From: Octopus vulgaris
Taxonomy: Eukaryota
Assembly: GCA_951406725.2 (NCBI GenBank)
Contig: OX597831.1
Span: 74,462,001 to 74,526,000 of the forward strand
Length of the DNA stretch: 64,000 bases
Direction of reading: 5' to 3'
Shown: one piece after another, positions 25,751 to 38,569 of the stretch
Numbering within the stretch: position 1 is the stretch's first letter
Layout of the letters: each line of letters begins with the position of its first letter
Notes under the pieces: model-generated
Databases searched by the model: none
Seen by the model: the letters and a program-made list of their open reading frames with translations, nothing else
Told to the model about the DNA's origin: nothing
Made by a program: the position numbers and the translations under genes

Positions 25751-26152
25751 CGCAGGGGTGGCTGTGTGGTAAGTAGCTTGTTTACCAACCACATGGTTCC
25801 GGGTTCAGTCCACTGCGTGGCACCTTGGGCAAGTGTCTTCTACTATAGCCTCGGGCCGACCAAAGCCTTGTGAGTGGATTTGGTAGACGGAAACTGAAAG
25901 AAGCCCGTCGTAATATATGTATGTGTGTGTGTGTGTGTTTGTGTGTCTGTGTTTGTCGCCCTAGCATTGCCTAACAACTGATGCTGGTGTGTTTACGTCC
26001 CCGTCACTTAGCAGTTCGGCAAAAGAGACCGATAGAATAAGTACTGGACTTACAAAGAATAAGTCCCAGGGTCGATTTGCTCGACTAAAGGCGGTGCTCC
26101 AGCATGGCCGCAGTCAAATGACTGAAACAGGTAAAAGAGTAAAGAGTAAAAG
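25749..26152 (+). mobile_element. SINE family A copy
   Basis: Near-identical to the 6945 copy. Confidence 0.9.
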
Positions 26153-26545
26153 AGATATATATACGTATATATACATACACATATATATATGTATGTTTAC
26201 ACATGCATACATACGTGTGTGTGTATATATATATATTACGTACATGTGTGTGTGTGTGTGAATGTTTACACATGCACACAAACTTCTGCATAGTCTCTGG
26301 TTTTCAACTTTTACCCACAAGGCTTCAGTAGGTCCAAGACTACAGAGGAAGACACTTGTCCAAGGTGCTGTACAGTGTGATTATACCCAGGACCATAGAG
26401 TTACAAAACAAACTTCTTAATCACATCTCTACATCCAAAACAAATTAAACTGAATACTGTCTGACGTACATCTCCATGGCCCCTAGACAGATAAACAAGC
26501 AAACACCACAAAAAACCCAGTTCCCGAACCCTTGGTAAATGTTAC

Positions 26546-26715
26546 CTGTTCCAAAACGGCAGTAGTCATGACTCGGGTCCGAAACCGTTCTCTCCAACTG
26601 TTGCAGCCTCCAGTTGTCGTCCTGGATGTTCTTGTTGTGTTCGGAGTTAACAGCATTCACTTCTCTCTCAGTTGCAGAAGGGGTGAAGAGGGGAGAGATG
26701 AAGAATTGGGCGAAT
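26546..26715 (-). CDS. IDE: IDE-like exon 5 (FAQFFISPLF...REVNAVNSEHNKN...FGTG), third Zn ligand Glu
   Basis: tttag| and |gtaac; 170 nt; conserved REVNAV.SEH.KN. Confidence 0.97.
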
Positions 26716-28623
26716 CTAAACATCAAAGAAAAATTAAGTGTAAAGATTATTTGGATCAAGGTCTGGGACTATGGCACTTTGGAATGGTGCTACCATTAAG
26801 TTGTAGCATCATCATCATCATCGTTTAACGTCCGCTTTCCATGCTAGCATGGGTTGGACGGTTCAACTGCGGTCTGGGAAGCCAGAAGGCTGCACCAGGC
26901 TCCAGTCTGATCTGGCAATGTTTCTACAGCTGGATGCCCTTCCTTACGCCAACCACTCCGTGAGTGTAGTGGGTGATTTTTACGTGCCACCGGCACAGGT
27001 GCCAGATGAGACTGGTAAACGGCCATGATCGGATGGTGCTTTTTACGTGCCACCGGCACAGAGACCAGACGAAGCTGGCAACGGCCACGGTCGGATGGTG
27101 CCTTTTACGTGCCAATGCAGCAATAAACATGGATATGTCACCCAAATAGTTGCATACCAAGCTATACACACTCTAACAATAACCAATTAAATGTGAAGCC
27201 TGAGAAATAGAACTTTGAGCGATTCATCATCATCTCATCCTCATCATCTTAATGCTTGCTTTTCCAGGTTTGCATGAGTCAGACACAGTTTATTGAGGCA
27301 GATTTTCTCTAGCCAGGTGCCCTTCACCTGTTTCCAGGTAAGGCAATATTTCCCCACGACCAGACATATTTTCACAGAAGATTGGAAACAAAGGACACTG
27401 CCCGAAAACACACACATAATGAGGAGTGCTGGTGCTATGGAAAAAGCACCCAGTACACTCTGCGAAGTGGTTGGCGTCAGGAAAGGCATCCAGTCATAGA
27501 AACCATGTCAAAGCAGACAAGAAAGCCTGGTGCAGCTCTCCAGCCTTGCCATCTCCTGTCAAAACTGTCCAACCCATGCCAGCATGGAAAACGGCTATTT
27601 AATGATGACAATGATGATGATGGGTTCCTTTCAGTTTCTGTCCACCAAATCTGTTCACTGGTCTTTGTTTGGCCCAGGGTTATAGGAGAAAATGCTTACT
27701 CATGGTGTCACACAGTGGGACTGAACCCAAAAGCATGTGATTAGGAAGCAAACTTCTCAACCACACAGCCATACCTATTCACCCATTGGCATTTAAACTG
27801 GCCAGATTCAGCCTCTCACACCAACCCTACAATATCATTCTAAAAATAGTCACATCATTGAAATCTCAAAGCTACAAGATAATCCATCAAAACATTGTGA
27901 ATAAATAATAAACATTTGACAGAGCAATCATCATCATCGTTTTAACATCCACTTTCCATGCTGGCATGGGTTGGACGGTTTGACTGAGGACTGGTGAGCC
28001 AGAAGGCTGCATCAGGCACCAATCTGATCTGGCAATGTTTCTACAGATGGATGCCCTCCCTAATGCCAACCACTCTGAGAGTGTAGTGGGTGCTTTTACA
28101 TGCCACCGGCACGAGGGTCAGTCAGGTGCTTCTGGCAATAACCACAGTCAAAAGGTGTTTTTTACGCGCTACCTGCATGAGAGCCATCCAGCGGCACTGG
28201 CAACAACTACGCTTGAATGTTGTTTTTCACGTGCCTCTGGCACATGTGCCGGTAAGGTGATGCTGGCAACGGTCACGCTAGAATGGTGCTTTTCACGTGT
28301 CGCCGGCACAGGAGCCAATCTGTGGCCCTGGCAATGATCACGCTCGGACATGCTTTTAACGTTCGACTGGCACGAGTGCCAATCAGGTGGCACTGTCATC
28401 GGCCACATCAGCGATTTTGAATACTAAAGGGTTGAATTGGTCACAACTGTGAGAGGATTCCCTGGTGATCCCACCCTGAATTATCAGACTAAATTCTTTT
28501 AAAAACAATCAAAATTTGGGCGTGGCACAAAAATTGAGCAGTTGTTGCTATTGGCAACGTAAGTTGGAAGCTGATATTTCAGATTGATGATGGTGAGTGT
28601 GGAATTGGAAGACAAGGACTCAC

Positions 28624-28727
28624 CTGTCCAGTGCACCTTGAAGTCCAGGTGGGTTTACTTCAAAGTGGAAGTTGGTGTGTTCTGGGGATGTGGAGGCATT
28701 ATACGTACCGCCATGGTTAGTGACAAA
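28624..28727 (-). CDS. IDE: IDE-like exon 4 (FVTNHGGTYNASTSPEHTNFHFEVNPPGLQGALDR)
   Basis: ttgcag| and |gtgagt; 104 nt; homologous to the NAFTS.EHTNYYF...GALDR segment. Confidence 0.95.
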
Positions 28728-29112
28728 CTGCAATTAGAAATGGCAGAAGATGCACAATGGATGGTAGAATTCTGCTTCTCATGGAGTGAAGAACATGAAG
28801 ACAACAAATATATACAGACAGACATTTAGCCAAACGAGAAGATAAAATGTCAGGGAAAAAAAAAAACCACCCAATTGAGTTGGGAGTAGCAGAAAAAGAA
28901 ATGAGTCTTCTGCACAAATTGTTTTGTTTCACATGAGGAATAATTGATGTAAACAATTAAATACCCAGCTTATTTACCATTCTTTTATTCTTTTACTTGT
29001 TTCAGTCCTTCGACCGTAGACATGCTGGAGCACTGTTTTGAAAAAATCAACCCCCAGGACTTTTTTTTTTTAAATGAATGAAAATAAATGTCAGTCACAT
29101 TACGTCTCTCAC

Positions 29113-29139
29113 CTTTGAATATTCATTTTCCTGAGGATA
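29113..29139 (-). CDS. IDE: IDE-like exon 3, 27-nt microexon (YPQENEYSK)
   Basis: Polypyrimidine-ccag| and |gtgag; fills the YPKENEYSQ gap exactly. Confidence 0.93.
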
Positions 29140-29683
29140 CTGGAAGAAAAACAAAAGCAGGAAAATGTTAATCTTGTAAACAAATATTATGCATAAATTC
29201 AACAGTCTGTAAAAATTAATGGCAGAGGTGTACAATAGCTGTGTATAGTCAATGGTATGTGTCTAAAATTCATGGTAGATGTGTACCATCAATGTTAGAT
29301 ACATTAACTTCAAAAGTTTTAAAGAGCATCTAAAATCTCTCTCTTTTTTTATGACAGCAACAAAGTCCCCCTGCCACACTTTTCAGTGCAACATCACTGG
29401 CTTGAGATCCTGGATTCATCCCAGGCAAGTTTCTGAGATCAGGTTGTCTTAATACTCTGATAATGAAATATTTCTGCAAGAAAGATGTTTACTGATGAAT
29501 AATTACAAGATTATGATTCAATCCTTTCTGATAAAACTTAATTGGTTTATATATTTAGAAATTGGCAAATGGTAAATGTGGCAAAGGAATGAGTGAATGG
29601 AAAGTCTGGCAAAGGAATGGGAGATGCATCAAAAGAACAGTAACAAGAGATCACAATGAAAATGAAGTAAAATCCTTTCTTAC

Positions 29684-29760
29684 TTTCGTGGTTCCAAGGA
29701 ACAACATGTGTTCACAGAAGTGTGCAAGACCTGGTAAGTCTTTGGGGTCACACATATCAC
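29684..29760 (-). CDS. IDE: IDE-like exon 2, inverted zincin motif ([26 protein letters not shown])
   Basis: HXXEH = HFCEH; cag| and |gtaag; 77 nt, phase 1 to 0. Confidence 0.97.
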
Positions 29761-30082
29761 CTGAGTTTGAAAGACAAAAAAGTGAAAATAGAAAATACAC
29801 ACACATACATACAAATACATTCATACATACACACACATACATACACTTACACGGGTAGACAGACAGACCGTTGGGAATGTCTTATAATCTACACAGAAGT
29901 ATTGGAGTCTGTTTTTCATTTAATTATTTAAGTGAATTTAATATTTGTTTAATTGAGTGTGTTGACCAAGGTGAGCAGACCTAGTTCAGGAAAATCAACC
30001 AACTGGAAAGGCTTTGGAAGCAAAGGTTCCAGAAAACTGATTTTGTACTTGTGTGTGTGTGTGTGCATATATGTATGAATAT

Positions 30083-30138
<56 letters not shown>

Positions 30139-30340
30139 ATTTGAAAACCCCACTGGATTGGGAGAAAGCGCTAATAATCCGAATGATATGATCTGAATAA
30201 TATGATATATATGTAAAAAATGTAATATATAAATAAATATCTGTAAATATAAACCATCCGATCTTCTGATTACCTCATTTCTTCTAATATATAATACCTG
30301 TACATCATCTCCAAACCTTCCAATATATATATATATATAT

Positions 30341-30702
30341 TTTACTTGTTTCAGTCATTTGACTGCGGCCATGCTGGAGCACCGCCTTTAATCGAGCAAC
30401 TCGACCACGAGACTTATTTTTTGTAAGCCCAGTACTTATTCTATCGGTCTCTTTTGCCGAACCGCTAAGTAACGGGGACATAAACACACCAGCATCGGTT
30501 GTCAAGCAATGCTAGGGGGACAAACACATACACATACACATATTTATATACATATATACGACGGGCTTCTTTCAGTTTCCGTCTACCAAATCCACTCACA
30601 AGGCTTTGGTCGGCCCGAGGCTATAGTAGAAGACACTTGCCCAAGGTGCCACGCAGTGGGACTGAACCCACAAGCTACTTACCACACAGCCACTCCTGCG
30701 CC
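30341..30702 (-). mobile_element. SINE family A copy
   Basis: Reverse complement of family A, small internal deletion. Confidence 0.9.
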
Positions 30703-31096
30703 TATATATATATATATATATGTAAGTTGGAGTCAACAAAAAGTAGTACAGAAGAACATTTATTTGTAATCACTACAATTGTTTCCATGCAACGTAGCCC
30801 CTCATGTTCGCAGGTATTTAGGTATGTAACTGTTTCTGAAGGTGGACCAGCTTTATACTGCACTCTACTATATTCTTAACAGAATACAATCTAACTAATA
30901 TCATGATAGACCACTAGCTCCAAAAGTTTTGTTTTTTAAATTTTCTCTTATTCTTTTCAGTTGTAGTCTTGAAACATAAAAGACTTTCTCACCTTCCCGA
31001 GCGTCAAACTAATACGCCTGTTTGTTGTTTATACACCTGTCTTCATCTTTTGTTTTTCTGTAAATTTCAACTATATATATATATATATATATCATA

Positions 31097-31430
31097 AGGC
31101 ATGTGGCTCAGTGGTTAGAGCGTCGAGCTTACGATCGTGAGGTTGTGAGCTCGAATCCTGGACCGGGCTGCGTGTTGTGTTCTTGAGCAAGACACTTTAT
31201 TTCACGTTGCTCCAGTTCACTCAGCTGTAGAAATGAGTTGCGACGTCACAGGTGCCAAGCTGTATCGGCCCTTGCCTTTCCCTTGAACAACATCGGTGAC
31301 GTGGAGAGGGGAGGCCGGTATGCATGGGCGACTGCTGGTCTTCCATGAAAACAACCTTGCCCAGACTAGAGTAACTCTCTAGGTGCAAACCCATGGTCAG
31401 TGTCTGACCGAAGGGGGTCACTATGTCACT
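31097..31430 (+). mobile_element. tRNA-derived SINE family D
   Basis: TGGCTCAGTGGTTAGAGCG...TCGAATCC boxes followed by CTTGAGCAAGACACTT core. Confidence 0.7.
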
Positions 31431-32090
31431 CACTATATATATATATAGGCGCAGGAGTGGCTGTGTGGTAAGTAGCTTGCTAACCAACCACATGGTTCCA
31501 GGTTCAGTCCCACTGCGTGGCATCTTGGGCAAGTGCCTTCTGCTATAGCCCCGGGCTGACCAATGCCTTGTGAGTGGATTTGGTAGACGGAAACTGAAAG
31601 AAGCCTGTCGTATATATGTATATGTATGTATGTGGCTGTGTTTGTGTGTCTGTGTTTGTACCCCTAGCATTGCTTGACAACCGTTGCTGGTGTGTTTACG
31701 TCCCCGTCACTTAGCAGTTCGGCAAAAGAGACCGATAGAATAAGTACTGGGCTTACAAAGAATAAGTCCCGGGGTCGATTTGCTTGACTAAAGGTGGTAC
31801 GCCAGCATGGCCGCAGTCAAATGACTGAAACAAGTAAAAGAGTAAAGAGTATATACACACATACACACACATATCGGCGATCAGATTGGAGCATGGGGGC
31901 AGCCTACTGGCTTGCCAGTCCTCAGTCAAGCTGTCCAACCCATGCTAGCATAGAAAGTAGATGTTAAACGATGACGATATATATATATATATATATATTA
32001 GAAGAAATGAGGTAGTCAGAAATCTGGATGGTTTTATATTTACAGATATTTATTAGTATGTTACATGTTTTTATAAATCATATATCATAT

Positions 32091-32131
32091 ATATTAGCGC
32101 TTTCGTCCATTCTAGTGGAGTCTTCAAATTG
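32091..32131 (-). ncRNA. Hammerhead-like motif (UUGAAGA core) at the centre of an inverted repeat
   Basis: TTGAAGA-cTCCA ctagaa TGGAc-GAAA-GCGC-TA; palindrome AGCGCT; helix I weak; related decayed copy near 30140-30178 (+). Confidence 0.45.
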
Positions 32132-32248
32132 AACTAACTGTTAAAAACATGTAACATACTAATAAATATCTGTAAATATAAAACCATCCAGATTTTTGAG
32201 CACCACATTTTCATCTAACATATATTACCTGTACATCATCTCCAAACC

Positions 32249-32294
<46 letters not shown>

Positions 32295-32357
32295 GGAGTA
32301 AACACATAAATGTGAAACAAGGTGGAAAAAAGAGTACTCAAATACTAGGGACAAAAA

Positions 32358-32395
32358 CTGTCCGATGAACAGGAACTTGAAACTCAGAGTAACAG
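32358..32395 (+). ncRNA. Minimal hammerhead (CCGAUGA core)
   Basis: CTGT-CCGATGA-acaggaactt-GAAAC-TCAGA-GTA-ACAG; helix II weak. Confidence 0.58.
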
Positions 32396-32427
32396 GTTTT
32401 GTTGAATTTCTGCTGCTTTTAAATAAA

Positions 32428-32509
<82 letters not shown>

Positions 32510-33281
32510 AGGAGGCGAGCTGGCAGAAACGTTAGCACGCCAGGCGAAATGCGTAGCCGTATTTCGTCTGTCGCTACGTTCCGAGTTCAAATTCCGCCGA
32601 GGTCGACTTTGCCTTTCATCCTTTCGGGGTCGATAAATTAAGTACCAGTTACGCACTGGGGTCGATGTAATCAACTTAATCTCTTTGTCTGTCCTTGTTT
32701 GTCACCTCTGTGTGTAGCCCCTTGTGGGTAGTAAAGAAATATATATATATATATATATATGCGGGCATGGCTGTGTGGTTAGGGAGCTTGCTTCCTAGCT
32801 ACATGGTTTCGGGTTCAGTCCCACTGCGTGGCACTTTGGGTAGGTGTCTTCCACTATAGCCCTGAGCCAACCGGAGCTTTGTGATTGAATTCGGTAGGTG
32901 GAAGTTACTGCCGTGTGTGTATGTGTGCGTATAGCTGCTCAGTGCCTCTCCGAAAGAGAGAGAGGGATATATATACATATGTAAATACAGAGAAACAAAT
33001 ATAAAACCTAACATTAAACATGTCTTTTAGGTTCAGGTGACTTAAGGAAGTTAGTAACTGTTTATTGTAAATGGAAGACTCTAACTCCTGCAACCATGGG
33101 AAAAACAGATGTTAAAATAATGATAATGACGATGATCCAACCATTGGTTTTCTTTAACTTACATATGATATAGTTGATAGACATTTCATTGCTATTTCTA
33201 GCAGTCTGAGAGACCTTATAGTGGAAATAGAAACAAAGAGATGCAAACTAACAGGGAACAAGCAAAAGAAGAGAGACTTAC

Positions 33282-33447
33282 CAATGTGGACGTCAATGGC
33301 AGCAGCAGATTTGTCTGTTTCAGGATCACTAATCAGTAGAATCTTCATTCCATTGCTGACTTCCAGACCACGGTACTTGCGCTTGTCCCCTTCAGATTTA
33401 ATGAACTTGTCATCTTCGTATGTCTTTTCAATTGTGCTGGACACCAT
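33282..33447 (-). CDS. IDE: IDE-like coding exon 1 (MVSSTIEK...[33 protein letters not shown])
   Basis: Matches IDE N-terminus (YRGLELANG.KVLLISDP.TDKSSAALDVHIG). Donor G|gtaag at 33281. Likely acceptor tttacag at 33496 with an in-frame stop upstream of the ATG. Confidence 0.92.
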
Positions 33448-36133
33448 CTTTGCAACTGTTGCTCCAAAATGTCACGAGAAGAAGAATTAGGAATTCTGTA
33501 AAAGACGAACAAAGATATTTCAGCTGAGAAATTCCTGCTGTGGCATCGCATTCCGTTTTCAGCATTCTTGAAGAAAGGAGAAAGAGATAAGGGTGGTGGT
33601 GGTGGTGGTGGTAGAGCCTCTGGTTAATTGCATCAAACCCCAGTATATGACTGGTTATTTATTTCATTGACCCCTGTCAAGATGAAAGGTGAAGCTGACC
33701 CTCAGGAGTAGGTGAAGGACTGTGGCAAATTATTGCAACACATTTGTGTGTGTGTGTGTGTTTATATGTATATAAATCAAAAATCAAAATTGTAATCTAT
33801 CAACATCAGTGGAATTTGTAGCTGTGATACCAGTGCCAGTGGCACATAAAAAGCACCATCCGACCATGGCCATTGCCAGATTCGTCTGGTCTCCGTGCCG
33901 AAGCGCTAAGTGACGGGGACATAAACACACCAGCATCGGTTGTCAAGCAATTCTAGGGGGACAAACACACACACATACATATATATATACGACGGGCTTC
34001 TTTCAGTTTCCGTCTACCAAATTCACTCACAAGGCTTTGGTCGGCCCAGCCTTCTGGCTTCCCAGACCCCAGTTGAACCGTCCAACCCATGCTAGCATGG
34101 AAAACGGACGTTAAACGATGATGATGATGAAATATACATTCAGGAAGTGTGTGTGTGGGGGAGATTAAGTCACTTACATAGACCCCAGTGCACAATTGGT
34201 ATTTATTTTATCAGCCCCAAAGAGGGGAAAGAGAAAATCAATCTTGGCAGAATTTGAACTCAGAACATACATAAAGGAGGACAAAATACCACTCAACATT
34301 TTGCCCAGTGTGGTAACGATCCTGCCAGTTTGTTACCTGAAACTGGGGAAACGGGTAAGGGTTGGCAACAGGAAAGGCATCCATTTGTAGAAAAATCTAC
34401 CACAACTAAACTTCATCTGACCCATGGAAATGTCGATGCCAAAACGACAATGATGATTATGATGATGATGATCTTGTTTCTCATTCTAGCAACTCTGGTA
34501 ATCCACAGCCTTCACCATCTGTTACCGATTTTGTCAGTCGTTTCAAAAATGCTGGAATATCCAGGTGATTTATCTTGTTTATGAAACAATCAGGTATGGC
34601 CTAGCTGCAGTAAGATTGTCATCAGCAGAAACATAAATCTTTGACAGAAGAAAGTTTATTGTCTTCAAGTAACAAAAAACCATACAAGACCTTGTGAACT
34701 CCCCACCCCTGCACTCGACACCACTGCCACCGTGGCCACCACCTGTTAAATGAACGGAGACTTATAAGTTATGATAATTTGGTTCGACACTGAAACACCT
34801 TTGTGTTATTTTCCTTCTTCTTAAGGATTTGGAAGTGGTGGTGCCATTGGTCTCACAGACCCTTTGACACCGATGAGATGGATTTAGTTGTTGGGACCCT
34901 TAAAAGGGTAGCCATGACTGTAGTAAACAACATGAGGAAAGAAGGAATTTCGAGGCGGGGGGGTGATACTCTGTGGGGGTAGTCGTAGGAGGAAGGATTG
35001 CAAAAAGTGGTTGGTGTTGGGTAGATAAAGGGTGGACCCAACCGGGATGAAGAGAGAATTAGGAATAACTGAAAGAAGCTGGCATGCGACCAGCCAGCTA
35101 TGAGGAAGCAGTGGCCATTGTAGTAACAGTTTAAAAGGCAAGGAGAGGACACAGCATGCTTGAAGAGGGGAACAGGATGGGAAGAAAGGGGATGTGAGTC
35201 ATTGTCTCTTTGATCATTGGATTAATCAGAAATATATAATTAAAACATGTTTACACAATGACATTTATTAAAAATACAATATGACATTTACATGTGTGTG
35301 TGTGTGTTTATCTATGCATGTATATCTTTACATGTGTGCATTCGTGTATGCATATATGTGTGAATGTGAGTATACCTATGAATGTGTATATGTATGTGAG
35401 CAAGTGTGTGTATATCTGTGTGCAATGGTATGCAGAGGTGTATGAAATTTCATACACTTCCACATACCTATTTCTTTATTACCCACAAGGGGCTAAACAC
35501 AGAGGGGACAAACAAGGACGGACATAGGTATTAAGTCGATTACATCGACCCCAGTGCATAACTGGTACTTAATTTATCGACCCCGAAAGGATGAAAGGCA
35601 AAGTCGACCTCGGCGGAATTTGAACGCAGACGAAATACCGCCAAGCATTTCGCCCGGCGTGCTAACATTTCTGCCAGATCGCCTACATACCATTGAACTC
35701 CCCCTCCAACACCAACCCAATTCCTTTGTCCCACTAACCACTGCCACAATGACTACCAACTCACCCCCTATCTTCTATCTACACACCTTATTAGTCCTCC
35801 TCAGCCACTGAACCAGCCAACATATTTCCCTCAAATAATAACCATTCCCTTTCTCCCTATCTCAACCACTAATTCTACACCCTCCATACCAATTAACACA
35901 ATAAACTACCATTCACATACTACCTACAACACCCTCCCCTCTTCCTCCTACCTTTCACTATAACTCCCTACTAGCCTCCTTATCAACTCCTAACCCATGA
36001 AATTTATTTTCTCCTCTCACTATCCCCCACCTGAATACCTCCCCAATACCCCCCACCTCAAATACATTTAGCTCTCCACAAAATCATTCCATTGTTGAAC
36101 TTCTTTCCTTTAACACCTCAAATGCAAGATCTC

Positions 36134-36226
36134 TTCCCTGGAGACGGAGGCTCGTCTCATCCAACGATGGAATCAATCTACAAACATCATTTTGGTTCAC
36201 CGTACCCCCAGAAACAGCTGTTGGGA
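36134..36226 (+). ncRNA. Decayed long-helix-II hammerhead
   Basis: TTCC-CTGGAGA...GAAAC-AGCT-GTT-GGGA; same ACAGCTGT helix III as the 22811 motif. Confidence 0.42.
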
Positions 36227-37018
36227 TTTGTAATACTTATCTTCAACCCATTTAATTCTCTATATCATTCGGATTCTGTATAAATCAGACCTTTTTATAT
36301 GTCTACACATATATACATCTTTTTTGTATTTCATGTATTTAATATACTTCATATACATTGACCTGTCTAATTTGCTTAGCCCCTTATTTGCTTCTATACA
36401 CATCATCATCATCATCGTTTAACGTCCGCTTTCCATGCTAGCATGGGTTGGACGGTTTGACTGAGGGCAGGTGAACCAGATGGCTGCACCACGCTCCAGT
36501 CTTGACCTGGCAGAGTTTCTACAGCTGGATGCTCTTCCTAACGCCAACCACTCCAAGAGTGTAGTGGATGCTTTTATGTGCCACTGGCACGGGGACCAGT
36601 CAGGCAGTACTGGCAACGACCTCGTTCGAATCTTTTTACACATGCCAATGGCACAGGTGCCAGTAAGGCAAAGCTGGTGATGATCCCGCTTGAATGGTGC
36701 CTTTTACATGCCACTGGCACGGAAGCCAGTTAGCCGCTCTGGCAACGATCACGCTCGGATGGTGCTTTTAGCACTCTACTAGCACGGGGCACAAGTGCCA
36801 GTAAGGCGACACTGGTAATGATCACACTCGAATGGTGCCTTTTATGTGCCACACAAATTCATATCTATCTATATATATACACACACACATGCATAAATAT
36901 CTATATCTATATATATATTATACATATATCTATTTCTACTATAGCCTCAGGCCGACCAAAGCCTTGTGAGTGGATTTGGTAGACGGAAACTGAAAGAAGC
37001 CCGTCGTATATATATGTA

Positions 37019-37075
<57 letters not shown>

Positions 37076-37836
37076 TTGTTCCCCTGCATTGCTTGACAAC
37101 CGATGCTGGTGTGTTTATGTCCCCGTTACTTAGCAGTTCGGCAAAAGAGACCGATAGAATAAGTACTGGGCTTACAAAAGAATAAGTCCCGGGGTCGATT
37201 TGCTCGACTAAAGGCGGTGCTGCAGCATGGCCGCAGTCAAATGACTGAAACAAGTAAAAGAGTAAAGAGTATATATACATATTATACATACACACGCACA
37301 AAGACAGACAGATGAAATGAATCACTCTACCAGATGTGACCCCCAAAAAACGAAACATCTAATCCCTATCATAAAAGGGTCCCCAAGCTGAGTTGGGATA
37401 AAGAAGACTTGAAACCCTGACAGAGGACCCCCACTCCCTACTTGCACTACCATAACAAACAGTCTTTTTAATTAGCATTAATTAATGAGAAAAGAAATGG
37501 AGAGACTAAGGAACAAGCGTAGCATGGCCTCTGTTGTTCACAGAGTGGTGAGTGTGAAATAATTGATGTTCAGTAGATACACCAATATGCACCAGCATTG
37601 CGCATACTGGTGCAGCAGGCGTAACAAGGTCAGCCACAGACGGTCGGCTGGGATGGGTGGAAATATGTCTAAACAATGTTAGCATAGCAAAGCAATGGTT
37701 TCATTATAATGATGGTGGTGGTGGGTGGTGTAGGTGGTGGAGGCAGTGGAGGTGGTGGTAGTGCTGTTAATAATTGATATTGTTGGCAGCAGTGATAATG
37801 ATAATGGAGATAACGATAACAATGGTGATATGACAG

Positions 37837-37874
<38 letters not shown>

Positions 37875-38533
37875 GTGACAGTAATCCCATCTGAAGCTGG
37901 TCTCAAATGTCATAAATTACACTAATTACTGTGATGGTGGTGATGATAATGACGATGAAGATGGTGATGATGATTTTCCAGTTGGAGCCAGACTCAAGGA
38001 TGCAAATTATAATTGGTGTGGTGGTGAAGATGGTGGGGTCGGTTCCAGCCGAAGTCGGACTCCAAGATATAAATTATATTACTCTACTTTCACCCGACTG
38101 ATCGTCAATTCAGCTGGAATAAAACTTTGGTTTTGCTGTTTAATCAATAAAATCTAAAACTCTGTTCCAATTATTGATTATTTTTCCCACCTTAAAGTCA
38201 TCACACCATCATCACACATACAACAAAATTCCATCGAGATGGATTCCATAGTTTACTGGGGACTACAGATACACACACACGTGTGTGTGTGTGTGTGTGT
38301 GTAGGTGTGGCGGTGTGGTAAGATGTTTGCTTCCCAACTACATGGTGCCCAGTTCAATCCCACTGTGTAGCAACTTGGGCAAGTGCCTTCTACTATAGTT
38401 TTGGACTGACCAAAGCTTTGTGAGTGGATTTGGTAGATGGAAACTAAAAGAAGCCCATCACATAAACACACACATATACGATCGCTAAATCCACAAGTCT
38501 TTTTATTCTCTCTCTGTTTATTTTCTCTGATTC

Positions 38534-38569
38534 CTTTCTGATGAAGAGCGTAGGCTCGAAGTGTAAAAG
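38534..38569 (+). ncRNA. Minimal hammerhead, same family as 23923, GAAAC mutated
   Basis: CTTT-CTGATGA-A-GAGC gtag GCTC-GAAgt-GTA-AAAG. Confidence 0.65.

Noticed and set aside
29684-33447. Nardilysin as the gene identity
   Set aside because: No acidic insertion before HXXEH; HFCEH and downstream motifs are IDE-type
34853-35152. Possible second Penelope RT remnant (IPNSLF...HGYP)
   Set aside because: Similarity too weak to call without a profile search
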